NCBI RefSeq assembly: GCF_937873765.1
Contig: NZ_CALMZC010000058.1
Location: 5,713-69,712 of the forward strand
DNA length: 64,000 nucleotides
DNA from: an uncultured Thiothrix sp.
GTDB taxonomy: Bacteria; Pseudomonadota; Gammaproteobacteria; Thiotrichales; Thiotrichaceae
Direction of reading: 5' to 3'
Shown here: positions 8,131 through 16,773 of the stretch, piece after piece
Position numbering within the stretch: the stretch's first letter is position 1
Layout of the letters: every line of letters begins with the position of its first letter
The notes under the pieces: model-generated
Database searches by the model: none
What the model was told of the DNA's origin: nothing
Seen by the model: only the letters and a program-made list of their open reading frames with translations
Position numbers and translations under genes: made by a program

Positions 8131-9948
8131 ATGATTTCTGATAAATCGAGTCTAGCTAGTCGTCTGGGATGGGTACTCGGAGAAACTGAGAAAGTCTTAA
8201 CCGAAACACGTCAATCATTTTCTACCTATGTGAGCGATACAGCTCTACCTAGTTTAGAGGCAGCTATTGGCAAAGCACGGCATGTCTTAGGTGTACTAGA
8301 TATTCTAGATACCGAAGGCGCTTATATGTTGGGGCGTGAAATCGTCCTGTTGATGGAGGCGATCCGCCAAGAAAAAGTTAAGCACTGGCAAGAAGCCTGC
8401 ACGATTACAGCGGATGGCTTGTTACAGCTTTCTGAATATTTGAAGCATTTGCGTGATGGCTATGCAGATTTGCCCGTGATTGTCTTGCCTATGATGAATA
8501 ACTTGCGAGCTGCACGTGAAGCTGAGTTATTGTCTGAGCATTTGGTGTTCCTTCCAGCCGAAGGGGTGGTCACAAATGAGCAAATCGGTACTGATAAATA
8601 TCTGTCTTTGCCGGCTGATAAATTAGATCAAGCCACTAAACGCTTACGTTTTTATATGCAAAAGGCGTTACTAGGCTGGTTTAACAATGATCGGCCTGCC
8701 TTCCATTTACAGGCCGCACGTAAAGTGGCTGTCAACATGATTACTCTGCATGAAAAAGAACGCTTGCGTGCTTTATGGTGGGTGACGAGTAGTTTATTGC
8801 AAGCCTTAGAGGAAAATAAGCTGGAAGACAGTGCTGCTGTTAAATTACTAATGGGGCGTATGGAGCGGGAAATTCGGCGCTTTGGTGATTTGCAAGAAAC
8901 AGCCTATAACGCATCTTTACCTGACGAGCTACTAAAAAACCTACTGTATTACGTGGGGTTAGCTGAAGAAAGTGACGGTACTTTAGCTGCGGTGAAACAG
9001 GCTTATCATCTTGATTTGTATTTGCCTAAAGGTAGTACTCTTCAAGAGTTGCGCACTTATTATACTAAACCGGGTCGCGAACTCTGGCAGGCTGTTTCCG
9101 CCTCATTACAAGATGAGTTAGCTTTATTAATGTCACAAGTAGAAAGCTTGGGGCTGCGTGAACATCCGACGGCTCTACTCGGCGACATAGCGAAACGTAC
9201 GGGTAGTTTAGCACAAACCTTAGGCATGTTAGGTTTAGGTACAGTGGCGGATCTCACTGATAAAATTGCTACTGAGCAACAGACGGTGGTCGCTGCTGAT
9301 ACACAGGTAAGCTCGGAGTTTTTAGAGCGCATGAGCGAGCACTACATTAAGTTGGAAAGTGTTCTGCGTGAATATGCTGAGACTGGCTATGATCTTACCG
9401 AAGAAATTTTCTTTGGAGAGGGGCAAAGTGGTAGTGAGTTGGGTGCAGCCCGTGAGGTTGTTCGCACTGCTTTAAGCTCTTTGGCTAAGGCTCAATCAGA
9501 ATTAGCCGCTTTCCATCAAGAAGAAGGTAATTTTGCGCGTTTGGATGAGATTTCCAAGATACTACGTAATATTTCTGGAACTTTAGAGATTCTAAATCAT
9601 CAAGAAGTACAGCCATTGGCTCAGGGTATAAAAGCTTATTTAGCTAAAGATCTGCAAGCTTCTAAGCGTAAACCTGCTGTAGAAGAAATCCACTGTGTTG
9701 CGGATATTATGACACTGCTGGAGGCAGCTCTATCTTGCATGAGTAATAATGAGGATCATTTACCTCTCTTACCAGTTGGCTTTGGCAAATTGCAGGAGTT
9801 AGATACTTACACTAAACTTGACCTAGTCCATGAGTCAGATTTGATACAAGCACAAGCTGAGTTCGATTATAAAAAAAAAGCGAAACAGCAAACCCCATCA
9901 ACTCTTTACCAGAAGCTACGCAATCAGCGCCTGCTGACCGAGGTTTAG
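8131..9948 (+). CDS. chpA: N-terminal (FimL-like, degenerate Hpt) part of ChpA in the unshifted frame
   Basis: FimL/ChpA-N-like content (LPVIVLPMMNNLRAAR, LLKNLLYYVG); stop comes 25 codons after the start of the A9 run. Confidence 0.75.
   Translation: MISDKSSLASRLGWVLGETEKVLTETRQSFSTYVSDTALPSLEAAIGKARHVLGVLDILDTEGAYMLGREIVLLMEAIRQEKVKHWQEACTITADGLLQLSEYLKHLRDGYADLPVIVLPMMNNLRAAREAELLSEHLVFLPAEGVVTNEQIGTDKYLSLPADKLDQATKRLRFYMQKALLGWFNNDRPAFHLQAARKVAVNMITLHEKERLRALWWVTSSLLQALEENKLEDSAAVKLLMGRMEREIRRFGDLQETAYNASLPDELLKNLLYYVGLAEESDGTLAAVKQAYHLDLYLPKGSTLQELRTYYTKPGRELWQAVSASLQDELALLMSQVESLGLREHPTALLGDIAKRTGSLAQTLGMLGLGTVADLTDKIATEQQTVVAADTQVSSEFLERMSEHYIKLESVLREYAETGYDLTEEIFFGEGQSGSELGAAREVVRTALSSLAKAQSELAAFHQEEGNFARLDEISKILRNISGTLEILNHQEVQPLAQGIKAYLAKDLQASKRKPAVEEIHCVADIMTLLEAALSCMSNNEDHLPLLPVGFGKLQELDTYTKLDLVHESDLIQAQAEFDYKKKAKQQTPSTLYQKLRNQRLLTEV
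9871..9879 (+). other. A9 homopolymer at the chpA frame transition (slippage site or indel)
   Basis: TAT AAA AAA AAA GCG; the -1 frame opens right after TAA 9870-9872 and stays open to 13382. Confidence 0.8.
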
Positions 9949-12900
9949 AGCTAACTGAACCGAATACCAAGCCCGTAACCTTAGAACCACCAAAAACTAA
10001 CCACAGCAGTACGGGTTTATATGACTCGTCAACTTTACGTGAGAAAGTTGGCGACGACATTTACGAAATCTTCGTTGAAGAAATCACAGAAATCCAAGCG
10101 AATTTCCAAGAGTGGATTCCTAGTTGGATTGGACAACGCACACTTTCTGAATCCTTAAAAGAAATTCGCCGCGGCTATCACACTTGTAAAGGTAGTGGGC
10201 GCATGGCGGGTGCTTTAGCCCTAGGTGATTATGCTTGGGCATATGAACGCATGCTCAATCAGGTTTTAGAGAAAACTCTGCCTATCAATGATCGCTTATG
10301 TAATCTATTAAATCAGTCTACGCAATACCTAACTAAGCGCTTAGATTTCTTCTTAACCGCTGTGCAAATCGACGATGACGCCAAGGCTGAAATCAAAAAG
10401 GTTGAAGATTTCATCCGTGATCCAAATATGATGGTCAATGCTGATCCAGATTTGTTGCTATTTGACTCTATTATTCAACTGGAATCTAAAGATCCAGCGA
10501 ATGAAAAAGAGCAGATAGTTTCTGAAATTGCCAATTCAGATTTTATTATTAAGGCAGACGAGGTAGTCGATGAAACACTATCAGCTCACCTAGAATATGA
10601 TGATAATTTCTTAAGTACCAGCATTGATGATGGATCAGAGTCTAGCTTCTTAATAGCTGTTGATGCTAGCGCAGTTGATGAGGCCATACCCAACTTACCA
10701 TTAGAGTTATTAGATAAATCAATAGAGTCAGAGCCTACAGCTACCCACAATCTAGATACCTTAGCGTGGCTCACACCGACTAATCCAAATGAATCTATTC
10801 CAGAGACGATAGAGACTGCTCCAATAGCTTTAGATACCTTTGATGATCAAAATGAAAATCAATTGGTCTGGGATTTGTTTCGTGAGGAGTTACCTGAGCA
10901 GTTGCAGAAGCTTGATCAATGGCTGCAGGTGTTGAATGCTAAGCCTACAGATTGGGAGGTCAGACGCTCTTTAGAGCGCGAGTTGCATACCTTGAAAGGC
11001 GGAGCACGCATGGCGCGCTTAATGGATTTAGGTGATTTAGCACATCAGTCGGAAACCTTATTAGAGAAATTAGGGCGGCATGCTAGCCCGGAAGAAGTAA
11101 AGGCTAAATTCCGCGTCTTACAAGATTTAGTGGATCAAATTAACAGCTTGGCCGAACATTATATGGCTTTGGATACGATGCCAACTGAGCAGAGTCCAGC
11201 TAAATTAGTGTCGACATTAGTTCAGCCAGATCAAACTGAGTCAGCTATAACATCGGCCGCTACTAAACTTGAGTCAACTAAACTACACACTTCGACTCCG
11301 GTAGAGTCACTGTCTAAAGCAGATGATACTCAAAGCCCCGACGCTTACTTGAATGCACCAAAACTTAGTGCGCCTGTTAAAACTTATGACAGCCTGCTAG
11401 AGCGTTTACTGGCTGAGAAAGCACAGACACTACCGGACTTGACGGTGTTGACTGATAAAAAGTCTGAAACCAAACAAGCTACACCTAGTTTAAATGAGGA
11501 TGCCAATTCAGCCCTTGCTCAAGAGCAAATTCGTCTGCCTGCCGTTTTCTTAGATAAGATGATTGATCGAGCTGGCAGTTTGAACATGCAACAAAATGCT
11601 CTCAGCGAGCGCTTACAGATTATGACCGATGATGTAAGCGAATTTAGTCGTACTGCCGCACGTTTAAAGCAGTTGTTACGCTCTTTAGAGTTAGAGACAG
11701 AAGCACAAATTCATGCAGGTTATCGCCAGTCAGTCGCTGCGCAAAATAAAGGTGCCGATTTTGACCCACTGGAAATGGATCAGTATTCCGAGCTACAACG
11801 TCTGTCCCGTGCTTTGGCAGAAAGCTTAAATGACTTAGTGAATATCGAGGCTGACTTAGGAGTACAACTGCGCAATAGCAGTATGGTACTAAAAGATGCA
11901 CTCAGCTCGAGCCGCTACTTGCACCAAGATTTATTGGAAACTCGCTTAGTAGAAGCAATGGTGATTGTGCCACGCTTAAAGCGAATTGTACGCCAGACCT
12001 CGACTGAGCTAGGGCGTGAAGTCAATTTAGACATTGACGGTGAAGCTTTTAAGCTAGACCGTCATTTATTACAGCGCATGACAGCACCGATTGAACACTT
12101 GTTACGCAATGCTGTTTCGCATGGGATCGAGACACCGCAAGAGCGGACAGTTGTAGGCAAGCCACTACAGGGACAAATAACCTTAAAAGTCTTCCGTGAA
12201 GATACAGAAATCATTTTCCAAGTCCAAGATGATGGACGTGGCTTAAATCGTAAGCGCTTAAGGGCTAAAGCTGAAGAACTCGGTTTAGTTAAGCCGCAAG
12301 ATACCCTCTCTGATCAAGATACCATGCGTTTAATTCTACGCCCTGGTTTCTCGACCGCTAGTTCCTTAAGCCAAATTTCTGGGCGCGGGGTAGGTATGGA
12401 TGTGGTGAGTTCTGAAGTGAAGGCTTTGGGTGGGCATCTACAAATCATCTCCACGGAAGGGCAGGGAACTTTATTTACTATGCGTTTACCCTTTGCGATG
12501 GCTGCCAATCCGGTTCTATTTGTGGGGACACAGAGCCAGACCTATGCACTACCCTTGGGCTATATACAGGGCTTAACACGTTTAGACTTGAACAAAGTAC
12601 GTGAACATCTGGATCAAGCCGATAAATATATCGCCTTTAATGGACAGGACTATGTAGTACGCTATTTAGGGGCTGTTTTAGAGCCGGGTACGCAATTAGT
12701 CTTACAGGATGATCATGTTTATCCTGTAATTTTTGTGCGTACCAGTGGCAGTCATTGTATTGCATGGATTGTGGATAAAATTTTTGGGCGGCGTGAGGTC
12801 GTTTTACAGTCGTTAGGTAGGTTGTTCAAAGAAAGTCGTTTCTATTCTTCTGCAACGATTACCAGTGATGGTGAAGTAGTACTTTTACCAGATATGGCTG

Positions 12901-13382
12901 ATTTGGCCTTACGTGTTAGTGGTTCAGCTAATCCTGCTCAGACAAGTGAGTCAATTTTTGTCACTCCTACTCCAGAACGCCATGAACGCCCACATATTTT
13001 AGTGGTGGATGATTCTATCACCGTACGTAAAGTCACCGAAAAGCTGTTAATTAGTGAAAATATGTTGGTAGGTACGGCTAAAGACGGTTTGGAGGCACTA
13101 GAAATTGTAGAAAAATTCGATCCTGATTTAATCCTCATGGATATCGAAATGCCACGTATGGATGGATTTGAAGTGCTAGAAACAGTTCGCCAGAACCCTG
13201 TTTGGAATCATGTGCCTATTATTATGATTAGTTCGCGTACTGCTGAAAAACATCAGCAGCGTGCTGAACAGTTAGGTGCAAATAGTTTCTTAGGCAAACC
13301 GTATCAAAATCAAGAGCTAATGGCTTTGATTCGGCGTTACTTAGCATTAAATCCTAATTGGACTGAGGAGATGGCCGCATGA
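9873..13382 (+). CDS. chpA: C-terminal part of ChpA: Hpt domains, CheA-like kinase, CheW and receiver domains (-1 frame)
   Basis: Frame reads VGDDIYEIFVEEI...EIRRGYHTCKGSGRMAG, so an Hpt domain spans the first ATG (10203). Second Hpt HTLKGGARMA, HLLRNAVSHG, DDGRG, SGRGVGMDVV and a C-terminal REC follow. Confidence 0.9.
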   Translation, partial: KKSETANPINSLPEATQSAPADRGLELTEPNTKPVTLEPPKTNHSSTGLYDSSTLREKVGDDIYEIFVEEITEIQANFQEWIPSWIGQRTLSESLKEIRRGYHTCKGSGRMAGALALGDYAWAYERMLNQVLEKTLPINDRLCNLLNQSTQYLTKRLDFFLTAVQIDDDAKAEIKKVEDFIRDPNMMVNADPDLLLFDSIIQLESKDPANEKEQIVSEIANSDFIIKADEVVDETLSAHLEYDDNFLSTSIDDGSESSFLIAVDASAVDEAIPNLPLELLDKSIESEPTATHNLDTLAWLTPTNPNESIPETIETAPIALDTFDDQNENQLVWDLFREELPEQLQKLDQWLQVLNAKPTDWEVRRSLERELHTLKGGARMARLMDLGDLAHQSETLLEKLGRHASPEEVKAKFRVLQDLVDQINSLAEHYMALDTMPTEQSPAKLVSTLVQPDQTESAITSAATKLESTKLHTSTPVESLSKADDTQSPDAYLNAPKLSAPVKTYDSLLERLLAEKAQTLPDLTVLTDKKSETKQATPSLNEDANSALAQEQIRLPAVFLDKMIDRAGSLNMQQNALSERLQIMTDDVSEFSRTAARLKQLLRSLELETEAQIHAGYRQSVAAQNKGADFDPLEMDQYSELQRLSRALAESLNDLVNIEADLGVQLRNSSMVLKDALSSSRYLHQDLLETRLVEAMVIVPRLKRIVRQTSTELGREVNLDIDGEAFKLDRHLLQRMTAPIEHLLRNAVSHGIETPQERTVVGKPLQGQITLKVFREDTEIIFQVQDDGRGLNRKRLRAKAEELGLVKPQDTLSDQDTMRLILRPGFSTASSLSQISGRGVGMDVVSSEVKALGGHLQIISTEGQGTLFTMRLPFAMAANPVLFVGTQSQTYALPLGYIQGLTRLDLNKVREHLDQADKYIAFNGQDYVVRYLGAVLEPGTQLVLQDDHVYPVIFVRTSGSHCIAWIVDKIFGRREVVLQSLGRLFKESRFYSSATITSDGEVVLLPDMADLALRVSGSANPAQTSESIFVTPTPERHERPHILVVDDSITVRKVTEKLLISENMLVGTAKDGLEALEIVEKFDPDLILMDIEMPRMDGFEVLETVRQNPVWNHVPIIMISSRTAEKHQQRAEQLGANSFLGKPYQNQELMALIRRYLALNPNWTEEMAA

Positions 13383-13843
13383 ATAGTAAAAAACCCATGA
13401 TTAAATGTGCGGTCTTGCGCTTACAACATGGTAGTTTGATTGTGCCATTTAATTTGATTGCTGAAATGGTCACCGTTGATCATTTAGAAAACTCGGATAT
13501 GCCGGGGATTTTGGGTTGGCTAAGTTGGCTGAATCGTCCCGTGCCGGTTGTTTCATTGGAGTCGCTGTGTTTGTTAGGTGAGGGGAATATTGAAACGGCT
13601 AGTAACTGCTTAATTCTACACACAGTATCAGACTGTGAGGATTTACCTTTTATTGCTTTGCAAGTACAAGGCGGCTTACAAACGGTTGAGATCAGCGAAG
13701 ACACTTTGCGTGATGATTATAGTGGTAACACTCAACGCTGCCCCTATGTCGCACGCCAAGTACGGATTTCGCAATTAGTCTGTTTAATTCCAGATTTACC
13801 TGCGCTAGAGGCTTCGGTAGTAGAGATTTTGGCTTATACCTGA
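13379..13843 (+). CDS. chpC: CheW-like protein ChpC
   Basis: GILGWLSWLNRPVPVVSLE; 4-nt overlap with the chpA stop. Confidence 0.75.
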   Translation: MNSKKPMIKCAVLRLQHGSLIVPFNLIAEMVTVDHLENSDMPGILGWLSWLNRPVPVVSLESLCLLGEGNIETASNCLILHTVSDCEDLPFIALQVQGGLQTVEISEDTLRDDYSGNTQRCPYVARQVRISQLVCLIPDLPALEASVVEILAYT

Positions 13844-14337
13844 TTCACTAATAACACTGACATGACTAAAGCCAGTACTACAACAATCACAAAGGCGGAT
13901 TTCACGGGGCTGGCTTTGGTTTGTTGCTCCATATAGGCCACACGCTCAGCAGCATTACGCATGATTTCTATCCGTGATTTTACATGGAAAGTTTCTGCTT
14001 TCTCAAAGACGGCATTCCCACCACGTAAATTAATCAAGGGGATCAAAATATTAATATTAATATGCGCCATGATGGCATTTTGTGTTGGGCTATCAAAGTT
14101 AATCAGCATCGGTGGTTTGAACATAAACATCTGATCAATCACCGCCGCTTTCATTTGATCTTGAGCTTGACTAATCACAGTACGATTATGCTTAAGAGCA
14201 CGCTCCAGTTCTTCAAGGCTAGCACTCATGGGTGGAGTACCCGTTTGGACATAGTAATCTTTGCCTAAGATATTAACTTTAAGAGTGCCCACATAATTAG
14301 AAGGTTGGGGCGCATTATCCTTTTTCTCGTCGCTCAT
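13834..14337 (-). CDS. Hypothetical protein with C-terminal membrane anchor
   Basis: 167-aa ORF overlapping the apaH stop; hydrophobic tail AFVIVVVLALVMSVLLV. Confidence 0.65.
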   Translation of the reverse strand: MSDEKKDNAPQPSNYVGTLKVNILGKDYYVQTGTPPMSASLEELERALKHNRTVISQAQDQMKAAVIDQMFMFKPPMLINFDSPTQNAIMAHININILIPLINLRGGNAVFEKAETFHVKSRIEIMRNAAERVAYMEQQTKASPVKSAFVIVVVLALVMSVLLVNQV

Positions 14338-15154
14338 ACTCGTGACAAGCCTGCCCTATACTATTTTTAGTATCAATATTTAGCGCAGTTAACGTACCAC
14401 CCCACACGCAGCCTGTATCTAGCGCTATAAAATCATGCTCCTGATAATACCCTAAAGTTGACCAGTGCCCAAAGCAAATTGTATAAGGAATAGGCAGACG
14501 ACTAGGATATCGAAACCAAGGTATTAATTCTGGTTGAGACTGACTAACTGTTATAGGGTTCAATTTTTGTTGAAACTCTAAACTTGCATCTGGCAAGCAA
14601 TAGCGCATCCGCGTAAAAGCATTGAGACTGTAACGGTCTTGTTCTTCCTGAGTATGACACGCGCGCCAAGCAGTCGGTTTATTACCATAAGCCAGCTCTA
14701 GCCAAGCTTTTGGATTTTCTTGCTGTAAAGCTTGTTCTAAACGACGCGCTTGAGTTTGTGCAGTCGCTAAATCCCATTCGGGGGAAATCCCCGCGTGAAC
14801 TAAAATTGCTTGTTTTGCTTCATCAACATGCATAAAAGGGCGTTGGCGTAGCCAATCAATTAATTCGAATAAATCAGGCGCATCCATTAATTTGCGCAAG
14901 CTTTTATGTGGTTCTAACAAGCCATAAGCGGCAGCAATCAAGCTAATATCATGATTGCCTAATACACTAATTGCAGCATTTTCTAAAGAAAGCGAGCGCA
15001 CAAAGCGCAGCGTTTCTAAAGAATGTTTACCTCGATTGACTAAATCACCTGCAAACCAAAGTTGATCTTGCTTGGGGTTGAAACGAATTTTGTCCAATAG
15101 GCGTCGCAAAGGTTCATAGCAACCTTGAATATCACCAATAACGTAAGTGCCCAT
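14315..15154 (-). CDS. apaH: Symmetrical bis(5'-nucleosyl)-tetraphosphatase
   Basis: GDIQGC, GDLVNRG, LGNHD, FGHWSTLG and LDTGCVWGG motifs. Confidence 0.95.
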   Translation of the reverse strand: MGTYVIGDIQGCYEPLRRLLDKIRFNPKQDQLWFAGDLVNRGKHSLETLRFVRSLSLENAAISVLGNHDISLIAAAYGLLEPHKSLRKLMDAPDLFELIDWLRQRPFMHVDEAKQAILVHAGISPEWDLATAQTQARRLEQALQQENPKAWLELAYGNKPTAWRACHTQEEQDRYSLNAFTRMRYCLPDASLEFQQKLNPITVSQSQPELIPWFRYPSRLPIPYTICFGHWSTLGYYQEHDFIALDTGCVWGGTLTALNIDTKNSIGQACHEYERREKG

Positions 15155-15186
15155 TATCGAATTCTTAATAATTAAAGGTAGAAATG

Positions 15187-15212
15187 AAAAAGGCGCTACT
15201 GAGCAGCGCCTT
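15187..15212 (-). terminator. Probable intrinsic terminator after the Bax-inhibitor gene
   Basis: 8-bp stem AAGGCGCT/AGCGCCTT with an A-run on the left (U-tract on the minus strand). Confidence 0.6.
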
Positions 15213-15233
15213 CTTGCTTAAGAGACAGCTAAA

Positions 15234-15956
15234 TTATTCGCTGCTGCCCAAGCTCATCAAGAACTGGACAATATACCAGAAAATTAAGGCAACGCTTGAG
15301 AACAAACCTAAAGACGCTGCGACATATTGTTCGCTATTATATTCATGGATAATTTGTGAAGTTTGATAGAGCATCACTACACCCGCAAAAATCACCATTG
15401 CACCAAAGAATACTAAGCCTAAACTAAAGCCGAAGATAATGCTGGCTAAGATTAAACCTAAAGCTACAAAGCCACCAACTGTGATGAACGGGGCTAGGAA
15501 TGAGAAGTTCTTTTTAGTACTAAAGGCTGTAAAGGTAATCCCACCTGCAAGCATTAAGGTCATTAAGCCAGCACTCAATAGAACGTTTGAGCCAGTGGCA
15601 GCAGTAAATTTTAGTGCCATATAAATCAGCGGCATAAAGACAATTGCTTCAGCCACCACAAATAGACCTAAACCCGCATATTGCATGCCACGGGAAATGG
15701 CTGAATGTGCCCAACGATCAGCGATATAGGACACACCCATAAATAAAGCCATTACTACTAGCCATGACCATTTACTACCACTGAGCATGCCGACGAAGGA
15801 TTCAGCGACACCAGAGCGAATCAATAAGGCTTCCAAAATCGTGAAAGCTAAAATAGCACCTCCCAAATGTAGATAGGTGCGACGGATAAAGCCAGCGCGT
15901 TCGGCTTCCGAAGCCTGTGCGACGACTAAACCAGTTCCTGTATCAAAATAAGCCAT
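15234..15956 (-). CDS. Bax inhibitor-1/YccA family membrane protein
   Basis: [13 protein letters not shown], about 7 TM segments, KNFSFL; start moved to MAYFDTG. Confidence 0.85.
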   Translation of the reverse strand: MAYFDTGTGLVVAQASEAERAGFIRRTYLHLGGAILAFTILEALLIRSGVAESFVGMLSGSKWSWLVVMALFMGVSYIADRWAHSAISRGMQYAGLGLFVVAEAIVFMPLIYMALKFTAATGSNVLLSAGLMTLMLAGGITFTAFSTKKNFSFLAPFITVGGFVALGLILASIIFGFSLGLVFFGAMVIFAGVVMLYQTSQIIHEYNSEQYVAASLGLFSSVALIFWYIVQFLMSLGSSE

Positions 15957-16012
15957 GTCTACTCCTTTAACTGTTGCCAATAGTTATTCTACTAAAATTA
16001 TCAAAGACATTA

Positions 16013-16693
16013 TTACAAGCGAATTTCCATTGCGCTAATTCCCATACCTGATAATGTCTGTTTCCAACGGTTAGCTATGTTTGGATCGTTGGTAGGGCCT
16101 AAACGTACCCGATACCAACGCTCACCTTTAATTTCCGTCGCTTCCACACGGGTATTTAAACCTTTCTGACTCGCTAGGCGTTGAATCTGATTGGCTTGCG
16201 CCTCAGATTTATAAGCACCGAGTTGGTACATCAACTTGCCACCTGTGGTGGCTGACTTTTCGATAGTAGCGACTTGCTCTGGCTTAGATGCTTCAATTTC
16301 AGCAAGTTTTTCTTTCGGTACAGGTTTTTTTTCTTCAGTTGATATTTTAGTAGTCGCTCCATCGGGATTATCTTCATGTATACTAATAGGCACTGACATT
16401 TCCAATTGTGGCAAGACTGCATGGTAGCTAAAGCCCGGACGATTATCTGTATTCGCTGGCTTATCTGCTAGGCTATTTAAAGCGTTGGCGTTGTTGGGTG
16501 TTGTGCTAGCCAGCGTGGGCGTTTGGCTAGTACCCGGCGCAGCTGCTGACACCACAGGTGTATTCGGACTCATTAATACATAAACTACTGCACCTGCTAA
16601 TAAGCCGACCGCAATCCCACCTAAAACCCAGCTAATCCCATATTGTGAAGAAGCAGTGGCCTCTGTTATTTTGAAATCTTTAGTCATGATCAT
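16013..16693 (-). CDS. SPOR-domain cell-division protein (FtsN-like)
   Basis: One TM, low-complexity linker, FSYHAVLP motif, C-terminal SPOR (YQLGAY...WYRVRLGP); downstream of priA. Confidence 0.75.
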   Translation of the reverse strand: MIMTKDFKITEATASSQYGISWVLGGIAVGLLAGAVVYVLMSPNTPVVSAAAPGTSQTPTLASTTPNNANALNSLADKPANTDNRPGFSYHAVLPQLEMSVPISIHEDNPDGATTKISTEEKKPVPKEKLAEIEASKPEQVATIEKSATTGGKLMYQLGAYKSEAQANQIQRLASQKGLNTRVEATEIKGERWYRVRLGPTNDPNIANRWKQTLSGMGISAMEIRL

Positions 16694-16773
16694 AATTAAT
16701 CCATTAGTGGCGCAGTGAACTTACGCAATCCTGAGGTTTAGTTAATGTATTGTGGCAAAAAGTCCATCCAGCA

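Noticed and set aside
10203-13382. Independent cheA-like gene starting at ATG 10203
   Set aside because: The ATG lies inside an Hpt motif and the frame is open and ChpA-like for 330 nt upstream.
13834-14337. zapA call
   Set aside because: Similarity is limited to about 10 residues, and the length and C-terminal TM do not fit.
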